Positions 1 through 10,108 of a stretch of 64,000 nucleotides of DNA are shown here, in pieces (position 1 is the stretch's first letter; each line of letters starts with the position of its first letter). Origin of the DNA: Acidilobaceae archaeon. GTDB lineage: Archaea; Thermoproteota; Thermoprotei_A; Sulfolobales; Acidilobaceae. Under the pieces are notes generated by a model that saw only the letters and a list, made by a program, of their open reading frames with translations, was not told where the DNA came from and did not search any database. The translations under genes were made by a program, and so were the position numbers. Where the stretch lies: positions 1 to 64,000 of the forward strand of contig JAWBBK010000001.1 of assembly GCA_038824665.1 (NCBI GenBank), read 5' to 3'.

Positions 1-343
1 CATGAAAGTAAACGTAGAAGCCATGAAAAAATACGTTGAAACGTTTCAACCTATAGCTGCAGAACTCGCAGAAGTGGTGACTCTCAAGACTAGAAAACCG
101 TTCAGAGAAGTCTATTGGGAAATAGCTAAAGCGATCAGAGAGTCCGAAGATATGAGCAAAGCCATCAAAACGATAAGCGAAAAATACGGAGTCGAGATCT
201 CCATAAACGCTGTCTTACGTAAACCTGTCGTGGGCTCTCCAAATCCTGAGACTCTCAAAAGGCATATAGAGAACAAGCTCGTCAAAGTGATGACAGCTAC
301 CAAAGAACTAGAAGAAGCTCTTGAATCTATGGCATGTAGGTGA
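1..343 (+). CDS. argH: Argininosuccinate lyase, C-terminal part (truncated by window edge)
   Basis: 'AELAE...KPFREVYWEIA' and 'GSPNPE' resemble the ArgH C-terminal domain; directly upstream of carAB. Confidence 0.75.
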   Translation, partial: MKVNVEAMKKYVETFQPIAAELAEVVTLKTRKPFREVYWEIAKAIRESEDMSKAIKTISEKYGVEISINAVLRKPVVGSPNPETLKRHIENKLVKVMTATKELEEALESMACR

Positions 344-350
344 TGTGAAG

Positions 351-1475
351 ATGAAGGGCTATCTGGTCCTAGAGGACGGACTAGTGATAGAAGGTGAAGG
401 CTTCGGAAGCCCTGGAACTGTTGTAGGAGAAGTCGTCTTTAGCACTGCTCAAGTAGGCTATCCTGAAAGTCTGACCGACCCTTCATATAGAGGTCAAATA
501 CTTATCTTATCCCACCCAATGATTGGAAACTATGGGGTTCCTGACAAGAACTTAATGGGTCACAGAATTCCTCTACACTTCGAGTCAGAGAAAATTCAAG
601 TAGCCGGTCTTGTCATATCTACTCTCACTAGACCAAGTCATTATGCGTCCGTTATGGATTTAAACGAGTGGCTGAAGAGAGAGGGAGTTCCAGGACTCCA
701 AGGAGTAGACACCAGGATGCTCATAAGGAGAATTAGAGAGCGTGGAGTAGTGAGAGGAGCTCTTGTAATCGGTGAGCATCTCAACACTGAAGAGGTTCTA
801 GAAGAGGTGAAAAGATTCGACTACGAGAAGCTGAACTTTGTAAAAGAAGTGACAGTGAAAGAGCCTATAGTGCATAGAAACCCTTATGCAAACAAGAGAG
901 TAATCCTGATAGACCTAGGCGTCAAGTTTGGAATATTGAGGGCTCTCCTAAACCACGGTTTTGAAGTAGTGAGGATCCCGTATGAAGCAGATCCGCTCCG
1001 TTACTACTACGAGTATGAAGCCGATGGGGTGGTGGTGAGCAACGGACCTGGAAATCCGAAATACTTGGTTGAAAGCACCAACATTCTAGATAAGCTGAAA
1101 GCCGTTATCGAAAACGGAATTCCTACGCTTGGTATATGTCTTGGCAACCAGCTCATCTCTATGAGCTTAGGAGCAGAAGTGTTCAAACTGAAGTATGGTC
1201 ATAGAGGTATAAACAAGCCTGTCTACGACCTCAAGTCCGGTAAAGGCTTTGTGACAACGCAAAACCACGGCTACGCTGTAGATTTAACTAACGCTAAGGG
1301 GCTAAAGACGTGGATGATCAACATAGATGACAAGACAGTCGAAGGAGTTCTACATGAAAACAAACCGGTAATAGCTGTTCAGTTCCATCCAGAAGCCTCT
1401 CCTGGACCTTGGGATTCTCTTTGGGTCTTCGATTACTTTAAGAAGCTAATTGAAAAGGTGAAGAAAAATGCCTAG
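351..1475 (+). CDS. carA: Carbamoyl-phosphate synthase small subunit
   Basis: GYPESLTDPSY, SNGPGNP, GICLG, QNHGY, QFHPE motifs; ATG at 351 follows AGGTGA SD (track start 321). Confidence 0.97.
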   Translation: MKGYLVLEDGLVIEGEGFGSPGTVVGEVVFSTAQVGYPESLTDPSYRGQILILSHPMIGNYGVPDKNLMGHRIPLHFESEKIQVAGLVISTLTRPSHYASVMDLNEWLKREGVPGLQGVDTRMLIRRIRERGVVRGALVIGEHLNTEEVLEEVKRFDYEKLNFVKEVTVKEPIVHRNPYANKRVILIDLGVKFGILRALLNHGFEVVRIPYEADPLRYYYEYEADGVVVSNGPGNPKYLVESTNILDKLKAVIENGIPTLGICLGNQLISMSLGAEVFKLKYGHRGINKPVYDLKSGKGFVTTQNHGYAVDLTNAKGLKTWMINIDDKTVEGVLHENKPVIAVQFHPEASPGPWDSLWVFDYFKKLIEKVKKNA

Positions 1476-4400
1476 AGAGAGCGTCAGCAACGTCTTGGTC
1501 ATAGGGTCAGGAGCGATCAAAATAGCTGAAGCCGCAGAGTTCGACTACAGTGGATCTCAGGCTCTCAAAGCGCTTAAAGAGGAAGGCATTAGAACCGTGC
1601 TCGTGAGTCCTAACGTAGCTACAATACAGACTAGTCATGAGCTAGCTGACAGAGTCTATCTTGTACCTCTGACACTGAAAGACGTTGCTAAAGTAATAGA
1701 AAACGAGAGACCCGATGGCATTATGATCGGCTTCGGAGGACAGACCGCTCTCTCTTTAGGCATATCTCTTCACGATTCAGGCGTTCTCAAAAAGTACGGT
1801 ATTAAAGTCTTAGGAACTCCTATAGAGGGGATCAGGAGAGCTTTAGATAGAGAACTCTTCAGAGAGACTATGATCAAACACGGACTTCCTGTACCTCCCA
1901 GTAAACCAGTCACTACTTTAGAAGAAGCGCTAGAAGCTGCTGAGGAAATAGGCTATCCTGTGATAGTCAGAGTAAGCTTCAATCTAGGTGGAAGAGGTTC
2001 ATTTGTTGCCTGGACAAAAGAAGAACTCAAAGAAAAGATACATAAAGCTATGGCTCACAGCGAGATCCGAAAGCTACTTGTCGAGAAATATCTTCACCAC
2101 TGGAAAGAGATAGAATATGAAGTCATGAGGGACAAGATAGGTCAAAGCGTAGCGGTAGCCTGTCTAGAAAACGTAGACCCTATGGGAGTACACACTGGCG
2201 ACTCCATAGTCGTAGCTCCTTGTCAGACGCTAACCGATAGAGAATATCAACTTCTGAGAAGAGCCTCTATGGCTGTAGCGGACTCGATAGAGCTAATAGG
2301 CGAATGTAACGTACAGTTAGCTCTTGATCCTCGCTCTGAGCTGTTTTACATAATTGAAACCAACCCGAGAATGAGCAGAAGTAGCGCACTAGCTAGCAAA
2401 GCTACGGGTTACCCGCTAGCGTACCTTGCCGCTAAGCTAGCCTTAGGTTATGTCTTAGATGAACTTAAAAACAAAGTCACAGGAGTGACGACCGCTTTAT
2501 TTGAGCCCAGCCTAGATTATGTTGTAGTAAAGATTCCGAGATGGGATTTAGAGAAGTTCGTAGGAGCTGAGAAGACTCTGAGCAGCGAGATGATGAGTGT
2601 AGGAGAGGTCATGGCTATAGGTAGGAATTTACATGAAGCTTTTCAGAAAGCTGTTAGAATGCTCGACATCCGCGATGAGCTAATAGGCGAATATTACGAA
2701 AGAGAAGAACCTCTCGAAACCGTCTTAGAGAGGCTTAAGAGAAGAGAGCCATATACGATCATGCATATAGCTAAAGCTTTGAAGCTTGGAGCAAGCGTTG
2801 ACGATATTCACAAGATAACGGGAGTGGACAAATACTTCATCTATGTAATCGAAGATATAACGAACGTAGCTGAGGCTTTAAAGAAGAATCCTTCTGAAGA
2901 ACTTGTGAAAAAAGCTAAAAAGATGGGGTTTAGCTATGAACAGATCAAAAGACTTACGGGCAAGAACTACAACTACGTAAGACCTAAGGTGAAGCAAATA
3001 GATACACTAGCTGGAGAGTGGCCAGCTTCTACAAACTATCTCTACGTTACCTACGACGCTAGCGAAAACGACGTAGAACCCGCTCCAAATCCTAAGATAT
3101 TGATTTTGGGCTCAGGAACCTTCAGAATAGGAGTTAGCGTTGAGTTCGACTGGGCTACCGTTAGCTTCCTCAAAGCGGCCAAGAGGAGAGGCTACAACGT
3201 GATCATAATCAACAACAATCCTGAAACCGTTTCAACAGATTGGGATGTAAGCGATAGATTATACTTCGAAGAGTTGACATTAGAGAGAGTCTTAGAAATC
3301 TACGAACTCGAAAAACCTGATTATGTTGTAACGTTCGCTGGAGGACAAATTCCCAACAATCTAGCCAAGAAGCTAGAAGAAAGAGGAGTGAGACTCTTAG
3401 GTACTAGCGGAAAGAGCATCGACATCGCTGAAGACAGAGCGAAGTTCTCTAAGCTGTTAGACAGACTAGGAATAAAACAGCCTGCTTGGATAGAAGCCAA
3501 GAGCATAGAGGAGGTCTTGAGGTTTGCAGACGAAGTTGGTTATCCGGTGATCGTAAGACCGAGCTACGTCATTGGAGGAATGGCTGTCAAACTAGCTAGA
3601 GACAAAAGCGATTTAGAGTCATTTCTAAAAATGGCTAAAGACGTGTCTAGAGAACATCCAGTAGTCGTATCTAAATATATTGAAGGAATAGAGATAGAGG
3701 TCGATGCCGTATCGGACTCCTCTAGAGTGGTGGGAGTTATAGCTGAACATATAGAACCAGCAGGAGTTCATAGTGGAGACGCTACGCACGTCACCCCTCT
3801 CGTAAGAACTCCTCCCAAAGTCGCTGAAAAAATAAAAGACATCGCGTTGACCTTAGCTTTAGAACTTAAAATCAAAGGACCCTTCAACGTTCAGTTCGTG
3901 GTAGATAAAAAAGGAGACGTTCATGTGATAGAGCTCAACCTAAGAGCTAGTAGGTCTATGCCTTTTGCGAGCAAAAGCAGAGGACTTGACTTCATGGAGC
4001 TAGTTGCACAAGCTACTCTTGATGGTCGTCTTCAACTAGGAGAGCCTGGAACGTTCTTTGAGATACCGGCCAAAGCGTATGCAGTGAAAAGTCCACAGTT
4101 CTCCTGGGCTCAAATAAGAGGAACATATCCTTTCTTAGGACCCGAAATGAGGTCTACAGGAGAGGTCGCGGCTCTAGACCCAGACTACCTTCTAGCTTTA
4201 GCTAAAAGCTGGTTAGGAGCTAAACCGAACAGATTCCCTTCAATAGGAGCCCTCGTATACACGTACGCTAATGGAGACGACCTATTAGAGAAAGTCGCTA
4301 GAGAGTTAGAAAGTCTAGACATTCGTGTCTACACTATTGATGATAACAAAGTCAGAAGAGGAGAGCCTGTATCTAAAGAAAAGGCTATCAGATTACTGAA

Positions 4401-4608
4401 AGAAGAAGCTATAGATTTCGTGGCCACTTCAGGCTATACGCCCGAACTCGACTACTATGTGAGAAGACTAGCGGTCGACCTTAACGTGCCTCTAGTCCTA
4501 GACCCTACCCTAGCCCTAGAGTTAACTAAGGCGATGAAGAAAGTGAAAGAGGTTGGAGATTATGAAGTCAAAGAGATGTCTGAATACTGGATTTTCAAAG
4601 CTATATAA
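1468..4608 (+). CDS. carB: Carbamoyl-phosphate synthase large subunit
   Basis: Duplicated ATP-grasp halves (AEFDYSG, GVHTGDS, ETNPRMSRSS; VEFDW, GVHSGDA), C-terminal MGS-like domain. Confidence 0.98.
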   Translation: MPRESVSNVLVIGSGAIKIAEAAEFDYSGSQALKALKEEGIRTVLVSPNVATIQTSHELADRVYLVPLTLKDVAKVIENERPDGIMIGFGGQTALSLGISLHDSGVLKKYGIKVLGTPIEGIRRALDRELFRETMIKHGLPVPPSKPVTTLEEALEAAEEIGYPVIVRVSFNLGGRGSFVAWTKEELKEKIHKAMAHSEIRKLLVEKYLHHWKEIEYEVMRDKIGQSVAVACLENVDPMGVHTGDSIVVAPCQTLTDREYQLLRRASMAVADSIELIGECNVQLALDPRSELFYIIETNPRMSRSSALASKATGYPLAYLAAKLALGYVLDELKNKVTGVTTALFEPSLDYVVVKIPRWDLEKFVGAEKTLSSEMMSVGEVMAIGRNLHEAFQKAVRMLDIRDELIGEYYEREEPLETVLERLKRREPYTIMHIAKALKLGASVDDIHKITGVDKYFIYVIEDITNVAEALKKNPSEELVKKAKKMGFSYEQIKRLTGKNYNYVRPKVKQIDTLAGEWPASTNYLYVTYDASENDVEPAPNPKILILGSGTFRIGVSVEFDWATVSFLKAAKRRGYNVIIINNNPETVSTDWDVSDRLYFEELTLERVLEIYELEKPDYVVTFAGGQIPNNLAKKLEERGVRLLGTSGKSIDIAEDRAKFSKLLDRLGIKQPAWIEAKSIEEVLRFADEVGYPVIVRPSYVIGGMAVKLARDKSDLESFLKMAKDVSREHPVVVSKYIEGIEIEVDAVSDSSRVVGVIAEHIEPAGVHSGDATHVTPLVRTPPKVAEKIKDIALTLALELKIKGPFNVQFVVDKKGDVHVIELNLRASRSMPFASKSRGLDFMELVAQATLDGRLQLGEPGTFFEIPAKAYAVKSPQFSWAQIRGTYPFLGPEMRSTGEVAALDPDYLLALAKSWLGAKPNRFPSIGALVYTYANGDDLLEKVARELESLDIRVYTIDDNKVRRGEPVSKEKAIRLLKEEAIDFVATSGYTPELDYYVRRLAVDLNVPLVLDPTLALELTKAMKKVKEVGDYEVKEMSEYWIFKAI

Positions 4609-4652
4609 GTAATAAAGTCCTAGACGTATCTGAACAGATTCGGCTGAAAGGA

Positions 4653-5861
4653 TTGGTCGTAAAGCCTCTAGATTACAATCTAAGAATTGACGAGATCGAA
4701 GAAGCTCCTACAGTCTCCCTGCTTAGGATCGTTGAGGAGCTGAAAAAGAGAGGAGCTGATGTGATATCGTTATTAGCTGGAGAGCCTGGAGTGCCTCCGC
4801 CTCTCGAGGTGAGAGAAGAGCTAGCCGAAGCTCTTAAAGTAGAGTCTATGGACATCTACTCCTACACCTCCTCAGAGGGGATCGCAGAACTCAGAGAAGC
4901 CATAGCGTACGACCTCAAAGAGTTAGGAGGTATCGATGTCAAGCCATCTCAGATAGTAGTGACAGCCGGAGGTCAAGGAGCTATGTTCTCTTCAATAGCC
5001 TCTATCGCTAAAGAGGGAGAGGAAGTCATTTTAATGGACCCAACGTACTTTGGCTACAAAGGGCTTTTGAAGTTCTTCGGGCTGAAAGTCAAACACGTTA
5101 GAGCTCTTCATGAAAAAGGCTTTCAGCCAGACGTTGAAGCTATTAAGGAAACAGTAGTTCCAGGTAGGACTAAAGCCTTGATCTTAGTGAGTCCTGACAA
5201 CCCTACGGGCAGAGTCCTAGATAAGAGTGTAGCCAAAGCTTTAGCTGAGCTAGCTCAAGACTATAAGTTCTGGATCCTCTACGACGAGCCATATAAGACG
5301 CTAGTCTATGAAGGAGAACACGTTTACCTCTACGAGCTAGCTCCTGAGAACGTTCTCGCCCTCAACGCCTTCAGCAAAGACCCTGGAATCCCTGGTTGGA
5401 GGCTAGGCTACGTATATGGTCCTGAGTGGATAATGAAAAAAGTGGCGCTAGCCTCTGAGATCTCGGTTTACAACCCTCCCTCCTTTGCTCAGCTCCTAGT
5501 TCTTGCTTATCTGAAAAACAGAGAGCTGAGAAGGAGACATATAGAAAGAGTCAAAAGATTATATGTAGCTCGAAGAGACGCCATGGTAGAAGAAATGGAG
5601 AAATTAAAAGGAGTTCGTTTCGTTAAGCCTAGAGGGGCTATGTTCCTCTTTGTAGACTTCTCTATCTATCTCGAAAAAACGAAGATGACATCGAGAGGAC
5701 TTGCAGAAAAACTGCTCTTAGAGAAACACGTAGCTACAGTTCCTGGTAGCTTTTTCGGAGAGTCTACAGAAGGGTATTTGAGACTAACGTTCACTACCGA
5801 AACGCCCGATAGAATTCGTGAAGGAGTTCGGAGGATCAAGATGCTCCTAGAAGAACTTTAA
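4653..5861 (+). CDS. PLP-dependent class I/II aminotransferase (AspC-like; possibly LysN)
   Basis: SPDNPTG, YDEPY, FSKDPGIPGWRLGY motifs; LysN role inferred from context only. Confidence 0.9.
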   Translation: MVVKPLDYNLRIDEIEEAPTVSLLRIVEELKKRGADVISLLAGEPGVPPPLEVREELAEALKVESMDIYSYTSSEGIAELREAIAYDLKELGGIDVKPSQIVVTAGGQGAMFSSIASIAKEGEEVILMDPTYFGYKGLLKFFGLKVKHVRALHEKGFQPDVEAIKETVVPGRTKALILVSPDNPTGRVLDKSVAKALAELAQDYKFWILYDEPYKTLVYEGEHVYLYELAPENVLALNAFSKDPGIPGWRLGYVYGPEWIMKKVALASEISVYNPPSFAQLLVLAYLKNRELRRRHIERVKRLYVARRDAMVEEMEKLKGVRFVKPRGAMFLFVDFSIYLEKTKMTSRGLAEKLLLEKHVATVPGSFFGESTEGYLRLTFTTETPDRIREGVRRIKMLLEEL

Positions 5862-5873
5862 GGAGTTCTCTTC

Positions 5874-6740
5874 TCAGGACTTAAGAGTTCTTGCAAGATA
5901 ATGTGCTATCGACTTCGCTACGTTGACTCCCGTAACTCTGGAAATGGTCTTAAACTCCGGAACTACGTTGACCTCGTTCACCAATAACTGACCGTCGCGT
6001 CCATAAAGCATATCCACGCCGGCTATCTCTGCTTCTACAGCTTCAGAAGCTTTGAGAGCTAGTTCTTCGAGTTCTCTAGTTATAGGTACAGCCTCAGCTA
6101 CTCCTCCTAGAGCTGCATTGCTTCTCCACTCTTCGCTATTAGCGCTCCTTCTCTCCATACAAGCCACTACCTCTTCTCCTACTACGACACATCTGATATC
6201 TCTTCCTATAGCGGTCGCTTCCTGAATTACGTGGACTCTCAAATGAGGCGATTCGAGCCTCTTCCTGTATTCTACTATGGATCTGAGAGCGTCGCTGTTC
6301 TTTACCAGACTTACAAGTCTGCCCCAGCTTCCTAGAGGCGGCTTGTCTACTAGAGGAAAACTTAAAGGAAGCTCAGAACCGTTTATCTCTCCGCCTTCTA
6401 GAAGAACTACAGTTTCCGGTATTCTGATGCCTTTTTTATAGAGCATAGAATAAGTCAAGATCTTGTCGTGACCTAACGTGAGAGCCCGAAGAGAGTTGAC
6501 TGCTCTGCTTCCTGACGCTTCAACCATTGAGGCTACGTATATGCTGTTAACCGACGATATGTTCCTAATGAGAACTAAGGAGCCGGACTCGACGATCCCG
6601 TTGATCTTAAGCGTTCTTCTGGAGTCTAGAATTAAGACGTTTAGACCAAGTTCTCTTAATTCTTTAAGTATGAGGTCTTCTTCAAGACGCATGACATCGA
6701 CAGATACGTAAAGGTGGGCGAAGCTGTTCACCAAACACAC
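5874..6740 (-). CDS. argX: RimK/LysX-family ATP-grasp ligase, ArgX-like (glutamate--LysW ligase)
   Basis: KPPLGSWGRLV, EWRSNAALGG, EVNVVPEFK; the WR(A/S)N.ALGG signature resembles Sulfolobales ArgX. Confidence 0.75.
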   Translation of the reverse strand: MCLVNSFAHLYVSVDVMRLEEDLILKELRELGLNVLILDSRRTLKINGIVESGSLVLIRNISSVNSIYVASMVEASGSRAVNSLRALTLGHDKILTYSMLYKKGIRIPETVVLLEGGEINGSELPLSFPLVDKPPLGSWGRLVSLVKNSDALRSIVEYRKRLESPHLRVHVIQEATAIGRDIRCVVVGEEVVACMERRSANSEEWRSNAALGGVAEAVPITRELEELALKASEAVEAEIAGVDMLYGRDGQLLVNEVNVVPEFKTISRVTGVNVAKSIAHYLARTLKS

Positions 6741-6743
6741 CCA

Positions 6744-7835
6744 CTAGCGACTCACATATTTAAGCTTTTCCATTTTGACGAACTCCAAAAGAGCGTCGCG
6801 ATACACTTCTATACCTGTATAGAATTCGTTGAGTTCTATCCACTCTAAGTCCGTATGAGATAAAGTTGGATCTCCTGGACCGTATTCCGCTATAGAGTCT
6901 GTTAGGCTGGCTAATATGACCATATCGCTAGTTCCATGTTTGACTACAAACCTAGGCTTCAACCCTCTTAAAGCCAAAGCGCGAGCAAGAACTCGCGCTA
7001 TTGGATTTCCGGGTTTACCCATAAACGGTTTGGTGTAAGAGTCGACTTTGTAAGAACATCTCTCAGAGAACTCTGTAGAGAGAGCTTGAAGGAAGCTCTC
7101 TAGAGTTCCACTTACGGGAACTCTAACTCCAACTACCATTTTCCCATAGCGAGGAACTATGTTGAATCTGCTGTCGCCACACTCAAGTTGAAGTAAAGTC
7201 GACGTATAACCGTTAGGAGTTCTGGATTTAATAATTTGCCAAAGACTGACAAGGTCTTCGCATGCAGAACTGTAGATGCTGGGAGAAGCGCTGTGTCCAC
7301 CTGAACTTCTACATTCTATTACTATCCTAGCGCTTCCTCTACAACCTATAGCAATGCCTTCAAGACCTGTAGGCTCTCCTACTATGATTGCATCAACGTC
7401 TAACTGTCTCGTAACGAAGAACTGAGCCCCGTGGCTAGGTCCTTCTTCTCCTACGAGAGCTGTCAGAACTACCTTGAGATCGCTGATGAGAGAAGTAGCT
7501 AGAAGACCGGCTACAGCCATAGCCGCTAGAGGTCCTTTAGCGTCTACAGCTCCACGCCCATAGACTCTGTCCCCTTCTATTTTCACGGGAATCTGTCCTT
7601 CTACTGTGTCTATATGTCCTGCCAAGAGGACAGTGATACTTCCTTTCCCTGTCTCAGCTATCAGATTGCCTACGCCATCTATCTCAACATGTTCGTAGCC
7701 TAGATTCAGAAGCTCTTCTTCAAGAGTTCTAACCGCTTGTTCTTCATGAAACGTAGGACTGTAAGCTTCGAGAAGTTTAGTCAAAAGACCTAGAGCTTTG
7801 CTCTTCGTCGATACATCTAGCAAGAGCTTCCACAC
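6744..7835 (-). CDS. lysK: [LysW]-lysine/ornithine hydrolase (M20 family)
   Basis: GHIDTV, GRGAVDAKG, GEE, GEP, GTSDM, YGPGD..LSHT; exact start uncertain. Confidence 0.92.
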   Translation of the reverse strand: MWKLLLDVSTKSKALGLLTKLLEAYSPTFHEEQAVRTLEEELLNLGYEHVEIDGVGNLIAETGKGSITVLLAGHIDTVEGQIPVKIEGDRVYGRGAVDAKGPLAAMAVAGLLATSLISDLKVVLTALVGEEGPSHGAQFFVTRQLDVDAIIVGEPTGLEGIAIGCRGSARIVIECRSSGGHSASPSIYSSACEDLVSLWQIIKSRTPNGYTSTLLQLECGDSRFNIVPRYGKMVVGVRVPVSGTLESFLQALSTEFSERCSYKVDSYTKPFMGKPGNPIARVLARALALRGLKPRFVVKHGTSDMVILASLTDSIAEYGPGDPTLSHTDLEWIELNEFYTGIEVYRDALLEFVKMEKLKYVSR

Positions 7836-8946
7836 CCCAATTTATATCTTCATCAGATATCATGTAAGGAGGTAAGAAGCGAACTACTGTAGACCCTGCT
7901 CTTAAAGCCAACACTCTTCCCTTCTCTTGTAGACATTTGATCACGTTTGTTGGAGGTACTCTCAGCTCGACTCCTATCATTAGTCCAGCTCCTCTTACAG
8001 ATCTGACTAGCTCTTTTCCTTTAGTTGCTTCAACTAATCTTGAGAACAGCTTACGTCCGGCCTCTCTAGCCTTGCTGGGAACGTCTTCTTCCACTAGGAC
8101 CTCGACTGCTGCTTTAACGGCTGCACAAGCTAGAGGGTTACCGCCAAACGTAGAGCCGTGGTCTCCTAGAGATATCTTGCTAGATGCCTCTTGTGTCATA
8201 GCTACAAGGCTTACCGGAAAGCCTCCGCCTATTGACTTGCCCGCTATCAAGACGTCGGGTTTGACGTTGTAGATTTCATGTGCCCATACAGCCCCGGTTC
8301 TTCCGAAACCCGTTTGAACCTCGTCTAGTATTAAAAGAGCTCCTACGCTCTTCGTCTTGTTCTCCAAAGCCTTCATGAAGTCTGGAGATGCTGGAACTAC
8401 TCCTCCCTCTCCTTGAATGGGCTCTACTATGACTCCTGCAGTCTCTCCATCGATTTTCTCAAGGTCTTCGATAGAGTTGAATCTGAGCAACTCTACGTTT
8501 GGAAGAAGCGGTTCGAAAGGAGCTCTGTACTTATGGTTACCAGTTACAGAAAGAGCTCCAAAAGTCCTTCCGTGAAAGCTGTTAATAAACCCTATGAGCT
8601 TCTTCTTTCCAGTAGCTTTTCTAGCGAGCTTCAGAGCGAATTCTACAGCTTCAGCTCCGCTGTTGAAAAAAGTTACATCTGACAGATAAAATGGCATTAT
8701 GGTCTCGAGTTCTTGAAGAACCTCCTCTCTGATTTTTACTTTAAAAGAAGGAGTGGCTACCGCGACTATATCGAGCTGTTTTTTCAACTCGCTTACGATC
8801 TTGGGATGTCCATGTCCTAAGAAGGCTACTCCATGTCCTGTGTGAAAGTCCAGGTATTTGTTGCCCTCAGAATCCCATACATACTGCCCCTTGGCTTTCG
8901 AGATCTCGATACCACGTTGTTCAAAGAACGAGAGATACCTTAGCAT
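7777..8946 (-). CDS. lysJ: [LysW]-aminoadipate/glutamate semialdehyde transaminase (class III)
   Basis: NSGAEA, FHGRT, EPIQGEGG, DEVQTGFGRTG, HGSTFGGNP. Confidence 0.93.
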   Translation of the reverse strand: MLRYLSFFEQRGIEISKAKGQYVWDSEGNKYLDFHTGHGVAFLGHGHPKIVSELKKQLDIVAVATPSFKVKIREEVLQELETIMPFYLSDVTFFNSGAEAVEFALKLARKATGKKKLIGFINSFHGRTFGALSVTGNHKYRAPFEPLLPNVELLRFNSIEDLEKIDGETAGVIVEPIQGEGGVVPASPDFMKALENKTKSVGALLILDEVQTGFGRTGAVWAHEIYNVKPDVLIAGKSIGGGFPVSLVAMTQEASSKISLGDHGSTFGGNPLACAAVKAAVEVLVEEDVPSKAREAGRKLFSRLVEATKGKELVRSVRGAGLMIGVELRVPPTNVIKCLQEKGRVLALRAGSTVVRFLPPYMISDEDINWGVEALARCIDEEQSSRSFD

Positions 8947-8952
8947 GCTCTC

Positions 8953-9798
8953 TTACCTCCTAGCTAAACCGCAGAGGTACTCGATGATCTTGCTCGGAAG
9001 GTCATAGCCTGTGACCGCTACAGTGTTCTTGAAGTCTGGAACAGCGTTGACCTCGTTAACCACATATCCTCTCTCAGGGTCTTCGAAAACGTCTATTCCA
9101 GCTATCTCTACTCCTACAGCTTCGGCTACTTTGAGAACCAGTTCTTCCAGTTCTGAGTCTATAGGAGCAGGTTCAGCTCTCCCTCCTCTTGCTGTATTGG
9201 TTATCCAGTGTTCGCTGACTCTGTAAATAGCTACAGGAACCTCCGAGCCGACCACAAAAACTCTGAGATCTCTTCCTGGTTTCCTCACGAACTCTTGCAC
9301 CATATGGATTTGGAATCTCGGATCGGGCACGTGGCTTCTATGTTCTATTATAGATCTGAGAGTTTCATCGTCTCCTACTAGACTGACTAGTCTACCCCAG
9401 CTTCCGTCTATAGGTTTGATGACAATAGGATAGCCGAGCCTCTTAGCTGCATCTAAAGCTGACTTTTCGTCAAAAGCCACATATGTTGTAGGTATTTTGA
9501 TCCCTCTTGATGAAAGGAGTTTAAGAGTCCACAACTTGTTGTGAGCAACTGCGATTGAAAACGAGGTATTGACTACTCTCACACCGCCTGACTCAAGAGC
9601 TATAGTGGAAGCTAAGGCTATCTCATGACTTAAGCTCCTCTGTAAAGCTATGTCGACCTCTATGCTCTTAAAGCCTATTGGGATCGGGGAGCCCTTGAGA
9701 TAGAAAGCTCCTACTCTAACTCCTTTTCTCTTAGCTGCTTCTATTAGAGCTCTCTCCTCCCATCTAGCGACGTCGTAAACTATGCCCAATCTAACCAT
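8953..9798 (-). CDS. lysX: Alpha-aminoadipate--LysW ligase
   Basis: KPIDGSWGRLV, HWITNTARGG, EVN..PDFKN; directly downstream of lysW. Confidence 0.9.
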   Translation of the reverse strand: MVRLGIVYDVARWEERALIEAAKRKGVRVGAFYLKGSPIPIGFKSIEVDIALQRSLSHEIALASTIALESGGVRVVNTSFSIAVAHNKLWTLKLLSSRGIKIPTTYVAFDEKSALDAAKRLGYPIVIKPIDGSWGRLVSLVGDDETLRSIIEHRSHVPDPRFQIHMVQEFVRKPGRDLRVFVVGSEVPVAIYRVSEHWITNTARGGRAEPAPIDSELEELVLKVAEAVGVEIAGIDVFEDPERGYVVNEVNAVPDFKNTVAVTGYDLPSKIIEYLCGLARR

Positions 9799-9804
9799 AA
9801 TCCG

Positions 9805-9975
9805 CTACTCTCCCCAATCCTCGCCTATCTCTAAAGGTCTCAGAGAGACCTTGCCCCGGTCTACAACGACCTCTAGAGATACTCCGCACTCATGGTCTAT
9901 GACTTCTCCTGGTAACACGTCATCTTGAAGCTCTACATCCCTACCGCATATAGGACATCTGGTCTTTATTGCCAC
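9805..9975 (-). CDS. lysW: Amino-group carrier protein LysW (56 aa, not in ORF track)
   Basis: Manual translation MAIKTRCPICGRDVELQDDVLPGEVIDHECGVSLEVVVDRGKVSLRPLEIGEDWGE: Zn ribbon plus diagnostic C-terminal EDWGE. Confidence 0.97.
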   Translation of the reverse strand: MAIKTRCPICGRDVELQDDVLPGEVIDHECGVSLEVVVDRGKVSLRPLEIGEDWGE

Positions 9976-10108
9976 CTCTCTCTCACCCTATGCTTATAGA
10001 TGCCGCAAAGCCTCTACTCAGCAGAGAGTATATAAGTTTTTACACTGTCAGGTACAGATGTAACACCAAGAATATGTGTGTTCGAGCGAAGTTCCAGGTG
10101 TTTGAGCT